Positions 53,437 to 64,000 of a stretch of 64,000 nt of DNA are shown here, in pieces. Source of the stretch: Amphiscolops sp. MND2022 (Eukaryota); the NCBI GenBank assembly GCA_964187785.1, contig OZ076409.1, forward strand, positions 71,488,001 to 71,552,000, written 5' to 3'. The position numbers and the translations under genes were made by a program. Within the stretch, counting starts at the first letter, position 1, and every line of letters starts with the position of its first letter. The notes beneath the pieces are model-generated. The model did not search any database, was not told the origin of the DNA, and worked only from the letters and a program-made list of their open reading frames with translations.

Positions 53437-56400
53437 GTGGGGGGATATATCTCCACTTTTTTTGCGACCGCGGGTAGGGTCCTGTCGGGAGCTTCTATTT
53501 ACCAAGCTTACGGCGCTATATACTAGAGAAAATTTTTCCGGCACCGAACTTTTTTTTGAACCATAGGATTTGTACCATTTTTTGCATGCGGCCCTAATTT
53601 GGGCATACAAGACGAAGTTCCTGCTGACGTTAAGCGATGGTTTCATTGTGTAACGAGATATAGCCACTTTTTGGTGCGAATTTTGAGGTATTTTTGAGAA
53701 AAATTTTACAAACAGCTCGAATGCAAAAAATTGAAAAACTTGTGACAATCGACCTATCACTGGTTTAAACCTTCGATTCTTTGCCCTAGCAATGCACTAG
53801 ACCCAAAAGATCTAAAACTTTTACATTTTCCAAAAATTTGACCAAATTGACTCGGGTTTCACTACTATATGTAACCAATGTGACAAAAACACCTCAGAAA
53901 AAAATTTTTATTTGCTTAAATTTAGAAACCTTGGTATCCATGGTTTCTGTCGGAACCTACTCGCAGCCAAACACTCAACAGTTTGCATCCAATGTGAATT
54001 TAAATTTTTTTTCGAGGTCATAGGTGTTTCACAAGGATTTCACAACTTAGTTTCATATTACAAATTGGTCATTTTCAACATCATATTTCCATCGAGGCAT
54101 GTCGGATAGAGTCTTATTGCTTACGAACGGTCCTACTGGCAACGTGTTAACCATTTATAGAAATACAAAGTTATAAAAAAATTTTTTCACCCGTTCTTCC
54201 ATCATTTTTCAGACATTCGGAACTTATCTTCGAAAATTTCGTCTCAAAAACCCATTTTTTGTCAGGTCGAAAACTCAAATTCAGCTTTTTAAGCACAATT
54301 ATTAACTCTGACGTAACCAGTGGGGCCCATGATACTCAAAACAACGATTGGGGTTGGTACCATTGGCTCAAATAACATATGAGTCGCGATAAGACGTTAT
54401 TTTTAGCCATACGTCTCAATTGAGGTAAACATCTCGCAAGCCAGGGATCTCTGTGAAATGTGATTTCATCAAAAAGTTACCCATTTTCGCCAATTACTAT
54501 GTGCACAGAGTGCGTAGGGTGAGTTTCAGCACTATAATGAGGTTTTTGAAGGATTCGGGTTGCTCAAAGGGTGGTATGAGACATTTTTTTCCCATATACT
54601 ACTGTATTTTCCAAAAATTTTAGCCCATTATCTGGAAAAACTAACTTGACAAAATACTTTCAGTTACTCTATTCGAAGCTTAGAATATAGATGAACACTG
54701 TGGTTGATCAGAAACTATTAACTATTTTGTTTTTAGAAAAAAAACTGCCTTGCATGTGTTACATTAGTGGCAGGAAAAATACCAGTAGCTCCAAAAATCA
54801 AAAATTTGGACGGACAGACTTCCAATGATGCAAAACAAAAACGTTTCAACAACTTCTGACGCCACTTTTTTTACCCAAGAGGTTCGAAAACACCATTAAC
54901 AATGCTGACATTCGCAATAAATAAGATCGAGGTCTATTTACTAACACTTAGGTTTTAAATTTTTTTCTCGGGAACCCATTATTGTCAGGTCGCAAATTCA
55001 AATTTGGTTTTGGAAGCAATACTTTTCACTCTGAAGCAAACCGTTGGGCCCAAAATACTCAACAACAACAAAAAGCCTATCACCATATGCTCTAATAACA
55101 TATGAGATGCGACTGTATGTTTTTAACACAAAAACTCTCATTCTGAAGTAAACATGTTGAAAGCCTTGAATCACCGTGAGAAGTGATTTCATCAAAAAAT
55201 ATTTCTTTTTCGTCAATCACTAAATACACAGAACCCGTTGTGTTAGTTTCAGTCGTGAAATGAGGTTCTACCGTAATATCGGTTGCTCAAGGTGTTGTAT
55301 AAGGCAAAAACTTCCTCTTTTCTACTAACTTCTTCAAATATTTCAACCCTTTGTCACACGAAGTTAATATTCAAAATCTCTTTGAATTGTTTCTTAAGGT
55401 TGTGGTGAATTGTTAGAACAATTACTATGATCGAAGAATGCTAGTATTGGTGTTTGGACCATGTCCGGATGAACAAATCGCAAAATCAAGAAAAAATTGT
55501 TTCCTTTTTTGGTTATTTTGGCAGTACTGAAAATGTTAGCCCATAAATAATTTTTTCGAAGGCACCATTGGATTCCGCTTAAAAAGTTGATTATAAGACA
55601 TGTGTAATAACCCCGTATCTTTTCAATTTAAATAAGTTTAAAAAGCAAACTTTTTTGACGAAAATCCTAAAAATCATACCATTTCCTAAAAAATTTCAAA
55701 TGCACTCCATTTGACGTATAAGAATAGCACAGAAAACTATCATATACCGATCAACTCTACTCCCATTGTAGACTATTAGAATTTTGTTTTGATTGAATTT
55801 TGAAGAATATTAAAAAATTTTGAACCCTCCAAAAATGGACCAAAATTACACGAAAAAATTGACCTTAAAATTTTAAAATGTCAAAAAATCATCAAAACCA
55901 CAGCTTCTTGGGGTTCTATCAACTCCACGTGGTCCACAGAGTACGCTAAAACAGGTTTTACCCGTTTTTGAGCAATATGTGAAAAAGCCGACATTTTTGG
56001 GAAAGAAAAACATACCATTTCCTAAAATATTTCAAATGCACGCCATTTGCCGTATGAGAATAGCACAGAAAACTATCATATACCGATCAACTCTACTCCC
56101 ATTGTAGACTATTAGAATTTTGTTTTGATTGAATTTTGAAGAATATTAAAAAATTTTGAACCCTCCAAAAATGGACCAAAATTACACGAAAAAATTGTCC
56201 TTAAAAAAAAATGTCGAAAAATCATCAAAACCACAGCTTCTTGGGGTTCTATCAACTCCACATGGTCCACAGAGTACGCTAAAACAGGTTTTACCCGTTT
56301 TTGAGCAATATGTGGAAAAGCCGACATTTTTGGGAAAGAAAAACATAACATTTCCTAAAAAAATTCACATGCACGCCATTTGGCGTATAAGAATAGCACA

Positions 56401-58201
56401 GAAAACTATCATATACCGATCAACTCTACTCCTATTGTAGATTATTAGAACTTTGTTTTGAATGAATTTTGATGGATAATAAAAAATTTTGAACCCTCCA
56501 AAAATGGGCTAAAATTACACGAAAAAATTGACCCTAAAGTTTTAAAATGTCTAAAAATCATCAAAACCACAGCTTCTTGAGGTTCTATCAACTCCACATG
56601 GCCCACAGAGTATGCCAAACCAGGTTTTGCGCGTTTTTGAGCAAAATTTAGGAAAGCCGATTTTTTTGAGGAAGAAAAACATATCATTTCCTAAAAAACT
56701 TCAAATGCACGCCATTTGGCGTATAACAATAGCACAGAAAACTATCACATACCAATCAACTCTACTCTTTTTGTAGATTACCAGAAGTTTGCTTAGAAAA
56801 ACTTTTGATGAATATTTATAAATTTTAAACCCTCCTAATATGGGCCAAAATCACACGGAAAAATTGACCCTAAGTATTAAAATGTCAGATATTCATCAAA
56901 ACCCCAGCTTCTTGGGGTTCTATCATTTCCATATGACTTTCAGAGTATACCAAACAAGTTATTAACATTGGGCGATAATTAGAAAGACCAATTTTATTCT
57001 GAAGAAAACCATAATATGTTCAATATAAGAAGTGAATCATTCCACATATATACCCTGTCTAATATTCTAAATTAGCAAAAAAATATATACTTGATGTTTT
57101 TTGAATGTGAGCTTCATAAAAGGTTGAGATGTGATAATACGTAAATGGATTCCAAGTTTCATCGAAAAGTCAATGGAATACGTCCAATCAACTTCAATCT
57201 TAACAATTCGATAACAAAAAACACTTAAGTACATTCCATCTCCCTATCGGGGAGATGAGAATGTACTTTTCAAAAACTAAAAACTTAGATCTTTCTATCT
57301 TTTGTAACACTTACTGTAACAGCTGAAATGATGAAAGAATAATTATTCTTCTAATAACTTCAAGATTTTTTGCTTCACCTTTTATTTCTGCAGAACAAAA
57401 CCATAAGACATACATATTTTTCGCAGTTAAGTTCGACTGTATTACCCAGTGAACAAAGGTATGACAGGAAGATTACAAGTTGTCTCAAAACTTTCCCGCC
57501 TTCCAAAATCATGAAACGTCTACACAACCAAGATAGTAAAGGAATGAATGTGGAATGCATCATTTTAGTTAAAATAAATAACGTGTAGAACTTACCTTTA
57601 TCTGAAGATGACGTTGATTTATGATCTTTAGAGGATAGTTCAATTTTTGACCATAATAGTGCGAAACTAATTATTATATGAATAATGGCGTGGAAAGCGT
57701 TCAGAAATTGCAGTATTTTCGATTCGAGCATGTATGCGTGGGTTCCTTTGGTGGCATTAGCTTAGTGTACATGATGGAAGTTTTCGATCTATTATGATAA
57801 AATTTACTCACAAGTCTTTGTTTTTCCTATTTTTTTATGCCATTAAGTACATTCATTCTATCCCCTTCTCTGGGAATGTACGTTTGCCAAATGACTGTCA
57901 TCCAAATTTTGCATTCGCGAAGAGTTTAAATACATAAACACGTCTTTAGCGTTTCCAAATCACAACCGATTAACATTTTTTAAATTTTTTTTTATGAAAA
58001 TTGATAATTTGTTTTGATTTTGGTATCTTCTACTTTTATCATCCATCATAACAAGCACCTTACCATGTCTCTCGCTTGTCTTCATTTTACAACGCCACAT
58101 AGCGTTCCGACTCCCACCGTCTGTGGGCATGCCGAGGCATGCCCTTCGACGACGTATGCCAACTACTTTTTATATCTACACCCGATTGCGGTAGCGGCTA
58201 G
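53437..58201 (+). mobile_element. Unit 23, 4765-bp element
   Basis: Near-identical to unit 7. Junctions 53432 and 58197. Confidence 0.78.
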
Positions 58202-60186
58202 GTGGGCGGGGGTAATTCCCCAACAAAAATTACGGCCGGCGGGTTGGGTCCTGCCGGACGTCAAATAGCAAAGAATATCTAGTAGGAAACGGCGACACAG
58301 AATCGCGATTTTTAAATCTAACCACAATTTTTTGGACTTGGAGTGCATGCGGCCCTAAAATGCCCATACGAATCGAAGTTCCTGCTGACGTTAAGCGATT
58401 GAAATAATATATAAAAAGTTATGGCCCATTTTTCACTCACAAAGAAGGGTAAAATGAGGAAATTTTTAACAAAGTCGCTGATAACTCAAAATGTGTTAAT
58501 TTTTGGACATTGACTGTGAAACAAGCTTGGAACCTTCATTTCGTGGCTGTGGCATTGCACTGAACACAAAAGATGTAAAGTTTTTAGATTTTTTGAAAAT
58601 TCGAAATTTTTGAAATTTTTTTCACTACTATCAGTACCCCATATGTCAAAAACGCCTCAGAAAAATTTTTTTATTTGCTTTAAATTGGAAACCTTGGTAT
58701 CCATGGTTTCTGTCGGATCCTACTCGCAGTCAAACACCCAACAGTTTGCATCCAATGTGGAAATAAAAATTTTTTCGGGGTCATAAGCGTTTCACAAGGA
58801 TTTCTCAACTTGGTTTCAATTTACAAATTGGTCACATTGAACACATTATTTTCATCGAAGAGCGTCAGATACCGCCCTAAAGCTCACGAACGGTCCTACT
58901 GGCAACGTAGCAACCATTTATAGTAAAATAAAAGATTAAAAAAATTTTTTCACCCGGTCTTCAGTCATTTTTCAGTCATTCGGAACTTAACTTAGAAAAA
59001 TTTCGACCAAAATACCCATTTTTTGTCAGGTCGAAAAATCAAATTCAGATTTTTAAGCAAAATTATTAACTCTGACGTAACTCATGGGGCCCATGATACT
59101 CAAAACAACGATTGACACTGGTATCAATGGCTCCAATAACATATGAGTCGCGATCGGACGTTATTTTGAGCAATACGTCTCAATTGAGGTAAAGATCTCG
59201 CAAGCCAGCGATCACTGTCAAATGTGATTTCATCAAAAATTTACTCATTTTTGTCAATCATTATGTGCACAGAATGCGTAGGGTGCGTTTCAGCACTATA
59301 ATGAGGTTTTTGAATGCATCGAGTTGCTCAAGGGGTGGTACGAGACATTTTTGTCCCATATACTACTGTATTTTCCAAAATTTTTAGCCCAATATCTGGA
59401 AATACAAACTTGACAAAATACTTTCAACTACTTTATTCAAAGGTTACAATATAGATGAACACTGTGGTGGATCAGAAACTTTCATCTCTTTCGTTTTCCG
59501 AAATATTTTCCTTCGCATGTGTTATATTTGTATCAGAAAAAAAATCGAAACTGAAAAATACGCTATTTTGCTAATATAGAATCGCAATGATTGTGCCTAA
59601 AAACTCTTTAAACACTTCTAACGCGACCTTACGCACCCAAAATGATCGAAAATGCTATTCACAATGGTGACATGTGCTCTTTCAACGATCCTGGCTGGAC
59701 AAGGTTTGCATATTTTTCAAGTACCTGTCAGCTGAATCTTGTGATAGCCTTTTAAGTTGGCCTTGTGTCAACTTGGGAAGGCTATCACATCAAACAACCA
59801 TCAACAAAAATAATATTTGTTTATTGGATATTACAGTTGATACCTTATTTCGTGATTCTATACTACCGTTAGTATATTCCATGAGGTCACCTTACGATTG
59901 CATTCAGACTTTGATAAAAACCTATGAACTCAAAGTCACATTTATATATTTTTTGCCCAAAAAAATCATCAAAAACATCTAAAACATATAAAATAGAGTC
60001 TTTAACTTTTTTACGTTTCAAGTTTCTGCCGTTATTAAGCCAATCAACTTCCTACAGCCACGCTCTCTGTCATACTGTACAACGCCACATAGTGTTGCGA
60101 CGTGCACGGTCTGTGGGCATGCCGAGGCATGCCCTTCGACGACGTATGCCGAATACCGCGGGCCTACGCCCGCGCTCCCCGGCTAG
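58202..60186 (+). mobile_element. Unit 24, 1985-bp element (near-identical to unit 26)
   Basis: Junctions 58197 and 60182. Type-B palindrome ~59741-59788. Confidence 0.78.
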
Positions 60187-62176
60187 GTGGGCGGGGGTAA
60201 TTCCCCTTCAAAAAATTCGGCCGGCGGGTTGGGTCCTGCCGGACGTCAAATAGTGTGAAACATCCAGTAGGAAACGGCGACATTTATCAGCGATTTTAAA
60301 ATTGAACCGTTAGAATTTGGACTTGGAGTGCATGCGGGCCCAAAATGCCCATACGAATCGAAGTTCCTGCTGACGTTAAGCGATAAAAACACTTTATAAA
60401 AAGTTATGGCCCATTTTACGTTCACTTAGAGAGGTAAAATGAGGAAAATTTTAACAAAGTTGCTGATAACTCAAAATACATTAATTTTTGGACTTTGACT
60501 GTGAAACAAGCTTGGAACCTTCATTTCGTGGCTGTGGCATTGCACTGAACACAAAAGATGTAAAGTTTTCACATTTTTTGAAAATTCGACATTTTTGAAT
60601 TTTTTTCACTACTATCAGTACACTATATGTCAAAAACACCTCAGAAAAAAATTTTTATTTGCTTAAATTTAGAAACCTCGGTATCCATGGTTTCCGTCAG
60701 TACCTACTCGCAGCCAAACACTCAACAAATTGCATCCAATGTGAAAATAAAATTTTTTTCGGGGTCATAAGCGTTTCACAAGGATTTCTCAACTTAGTAT
60801 TAATTTACAAAATGGTCATTTTGAACACAATATTTTCATCGAGGCTTGTCGGCTATAGCCTTAATGTTCTAGAACGGTCCCACTGGCAACGTAGGAACCA
60901 TTTATAGTAATAGAAAGTTTTAAAAAAAATTTTTCATCCGGTCTTCAGTCATTTTTCAGTCATTCGGAACTTAACTTAGAAAAATTTCGACCAAAATACC
61001 CATTTTTTGTCAGGTCGAAAATTCAAATTCAGATTTTTAAGCAAAATTATTAACTCTGACGTAACCCATGGGGCCCATGATACTCAAAACAACAATTGAC
61101 ACTGGTATCAATGGCTCCAATAACATATGAGTCGCGATAAGACGTTATTTTGAGCAATACGTCTCAATTGAGGTAAAGATCTCGCAAGCCAGCGATCACT
61201 GTGAAATGTGATTTCATCAAAAATTTACTCATTTTTGTCAATCACTATGTGCACAGAGTGCGTAGGGTGAGTTCCAGCACTATAATGAGGTTTTTGAAGG
61301 CATCGGGTTGCTCAAGGGGTGGTATGAGACATTTTTTTCTATATACTACTGTATTTTCCAAAACTTTTAGCCCATTATCTGGAAAAACTAACTTGACAAA
61401 ATACTTTCAATGATTTTATTCAAAGGTTACAATGTAGATGAACCCAGTGGTTGATCAAAAACTTTCATCTCTTTCGGTTTCCGAAATAATTCCCTTCGAA
61501 TGTGTTACATTTGTAGCAGGAAAAAAACCGAAACTAAAAAATACGCGATTTTGCTGAGATAGAATCACAATGGTTGCCCCTAAAATCTCTTTAAATACTT
61601 CTAACGCAACCTTATGGACCCAAAATGATTGAAAATGCCATTCACAATGCTGACATGTGCTCTTTCGACGATCCTGGCTAGACAAGTTTTGCATATTTTT
61701 CAAGTACCTGTTAACTGAATTTTGTGATAGCCTTTTAAGTTGGCCTTGTGTCAACTTGGGAAGGCTATCACATCAAAAAACTTTCATCAAAAATATTTTT
61801 TGTTTATACAATAATGTAGTCGATAGTTATTTTCGTGATTTTACACTACCGTTAGTACCTTCCGCCAGGTCAGCTGACGATTGCATGCTGTCTTTGATAA
61901 AAACGTATGAACACCAAGAAAATTTTGTTGTATTTTTGTTGAAGAAAAGTATTAATAAATAATAAAAATATAATTCTAACCTTAAACAACTATAAATTTG
62001 CTTAACCGTTATTAGTCCTACCACCTATCATCAGCCTATGCCATGGCCCGGTGATTAGTAGTACAACGCCACATAAAGTAGCGACGCCCACAGTCTGTGG
62101 GCATGCCGAGGCATGCCCTTCGACGACGTATGGCAATTTTAGCGTAGCCCGCGGTCACTACCGCGGTAGCAGCTAG
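60187..62176 (+). mobile_element. Unit 25, 1990-bp element (mosaic)
   Basis: Junctions 60182 and 62172. First ~1.07 kb is essentially identical to units 8/11 and the 3' part is closer to unit 17. Terminal hairpin CCGCGGT-CACT-ACCGCGG 62149-62166. Confidence 0.76.
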
Positions 62177-64000
62177 GTGGGCGGGGGTAATTCCCCAACA
62201 AAAATTACGGCCGGCGGGTTGGGTCCTGCCGGACGTCAAATAGCAAAGAATATCTAGTAGGAAACGGCGACACAGAATCGCGATTTTTAAATCTAACCAC
62301 AATTTTTTGGACTTGGAGTGCATGCGGCCCTGAATTGCCCATACGAATCGAAGTTCCTGCTGACATTAAGCGATTGAAATAATATATAGAAAGTTATGGC
62401 CCATTTTTCACTCACAAAGAAGGGTAAAATGAGGAAATTTTTAACAAAGTCGCTGATAACTCAAAATGTGTTAATTTTTGGACATTGACTGTGAAACAAG
62501 CTCGGAACCTTCATTTCGTGGCTGTGGCATTGCATTGAACACAAAAGATGTAAAGTTTTTACATTTTTTGAAAATTCTAAATTTTTGAAATTTTTTTCAC
62601 TACTATCAGTACCCCATATGTCAAAAACGCCTCAGAAAAAATTTTTTATTTGCTTTAAATTGGAAACCTTGGTATCCATGGTTTCTGTCGGATCCTACTC
62701 GCAGTCAAACACCCAACAGTTTGCATCCAATGTGGAAATAAAAATTTTTTCGGGGTCATAAGCGTTTCACAAGGATTTCTCAACTTAGTTTCAATTTACA
62801 AATTGGTCACATTGAACACATTATTTTCATCGAAGCGCGACAGATACCGCCCTAAAGCTCACGAACGGTCCTACTGGCAACGTAGCAACCATTTATAGTA
62901 ATATAAAAGATTAAAAAAATTTTTTCACCCGGTCTCCAGTCATTTTTCAGTCATTCGGAACTTAACTTAGAAAAATTTCGACCAAAATACCCATTTTTTG
63001 TCAGGTCGAAAAATCAAATTCACATTTTTAAGCAAAATTATTAACTCTGACGTAACTCATGGGGCCCATGATACTCAAAACAACGATTGACACTGGTATC
63101 AATGGCTCCAATAACATATGAGTCGCGATCGGACGTTATTTTGAGCAATACGTCTCAATTGAGGTAAAGATCTCGCAAGCCAGCGATCACTGTCAAATGT
63201 GATTTCATCAAAAATTTACTCATTTTTGTCAATCATTATGTGCACAGAATGCGTAGGGTGCGTTTCAGCACTATAATGAGATTTTTCAATGCATCGAGTT
63301 GCTCAAGGGGTGGTACGAGACATTTTTGTCTCATATACTACTGTATTTTCCAAAATTTTTAGCCCAATATCTGGAAATACAAACTTGACAAAATACTTTC
63401 AACTACTTTATTCAAAGGTTACAATATAGATGAACACTGTGGTTGATCAGAAACTTTCATCTCTTTCGTTTTCCGAAATATTTTCCTTCGCATGTGTTAT
63501 ATTTGTATCAGAAAAAAAACGAAACTGAAAAATACGCTATTTTGCTAATATAGAATCGCAATGATTGTGCCTAAAAACTCTTTAAACACTTCTAACGCAA
63601 CCTTACGCACCCAAAATGATCGAAAATGCTATTCACAATGGTGACATGTGCTCTTTCAACGATCCTGGCTGGACAAGGTTTGCATATTTTTCAAGTACCT
63701 GTCAGCTGAATCTTGTGATAGCCTTTTAAGTTGGCCTTGTGTCAACTTGGGAAGGCTATCACATCAAACAACCATCAACAAAAATAATTTTTGTTTATTG
63801 GATATTACAGTTGATACCTTATTTCGTGATTCTATACTACCGTTAGGATATTCCATGAGGTCACCTTACGATTGCATTCAGACTTTGATGAAAACCTATG
63901 AACTCAAAGTCACATTTATATATTTTTTGCCCAAAAAAATCATCAAAAACATCTAATATATATAAAATAGAGTCTTTAACTTTTTTACGTTTCAAGTTTC
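62177..64000 (+). mobile_element. Unit 26 (3'-truncated by window), ~1.99-kb class
   Basis: Starts at junction 62172 and is near-identical to unit 24 up to the window end. Confidence 0.75.

Larger units (their letters stand above)
1..64000 (+). repeat. Head-to-tail array of 26 non-coding cassette-like elements joined at invariant GCTAG|GTGG junctions
   Basis: 25 copies of GCTAGGTGG on the + strand, each preceded by a family-specific 3' end and followed by a family-specific 5' end. There is no spacer DNA between units, and near-identical units recur with different neighbours. Confidence 0.92.

Noticed and set aside
1902..62180. CRISPR array (conserved palindromic repeat with variable intervening DNA)
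   Set aside because: The intervening segments are 0.15-4.8 kb, are themselves repeated and structured, and no cas genes are present.
196..63956. All ORFs in the supplied track (60-159 aa), including recurrent ones such as MLKFRNLGIHGF…, MNPPKMGQNYTKK… and …VGMPRHALRRRM…
   Set aside because: They are short, rich in F/K/I/N from A/T tracts, and broken by frameshifts and stops between near-identical copies. They recur only because the DNA repeats. I recognise no HUH, helicase, recombinase, transposase, RT or capsid motifs.
1..64000. Simple satellite or higher-order repeat generated by unequal crossing-over
   Set aside because: Unit order is aperiodic, and near-identical units have different neighbours with breakpoints fixed at one 9-mer.
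1..64000. Assembly artefact concatenating organellar minicircles through a shared conserved region
   Set aside because: The variable barcode between the conserved block and GCTAG stays linked to the upstream unit, so only 9 bp are shared at the switch point, too little to drive mis-joins. Copies also differ by SNPs. This is not fully excluded without reads.

Overview
The whole 64 kb window is AT-rich, eukaryote-like non-coding DNA with no credible protein-coding gene, and I cannot identify the organism. It is not a simple satellite. It is an uninterrupted head-to-tail array of 26 discrete cassette-like units (24 complete, 2 cut by the window edges), all in the same orientation. The units join at an invariant 9-bp junction, GCTAG|GTGG, found 25 times (starts at 1989, 3393, 3541, 5719, 6988, 8260, 13029, 15012, 16081, 17356, 19340, 24101, 25171, 29905, 31179, 35955, 37949, 42711, 44699, 49462, 51449, 53432, 58197, 60182, 62172). 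Near-identical units recur with different neighbours and switch partner exactly at this junction, which implies independent site-specific insertion or recombination rather than tandem duplication. Most units share one architecture: a GC hairpin with an NNGGGN-type loop ~35 nt after the junction, a TGCATG(T/C)GG-type motif at about +140 to +165, one long internal palindrome of three alternative types, a conserved subterminal block containing GGGCATGCC-GA-GGCATGCCC, and often a sequence-variable GC hairpin ending 10-12 nt before the unit's terminal ...CTAG end (a Helitron-like 3' end). Unit lengths fall into tight classes (~1.07, ~1.27, 1.40, ~1.99, ~2.18, ~4.76 kb, plus a 148-bp mini-unit), even between units with largely different sequence. 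My best interpretation, which is inference, is an integron-like landing array of non-autonomous rolling-circle (Helitron/HUH-like) or recombinase-mobilised elements that insert into each other's end junction, with the enzyme encoded outside this window.
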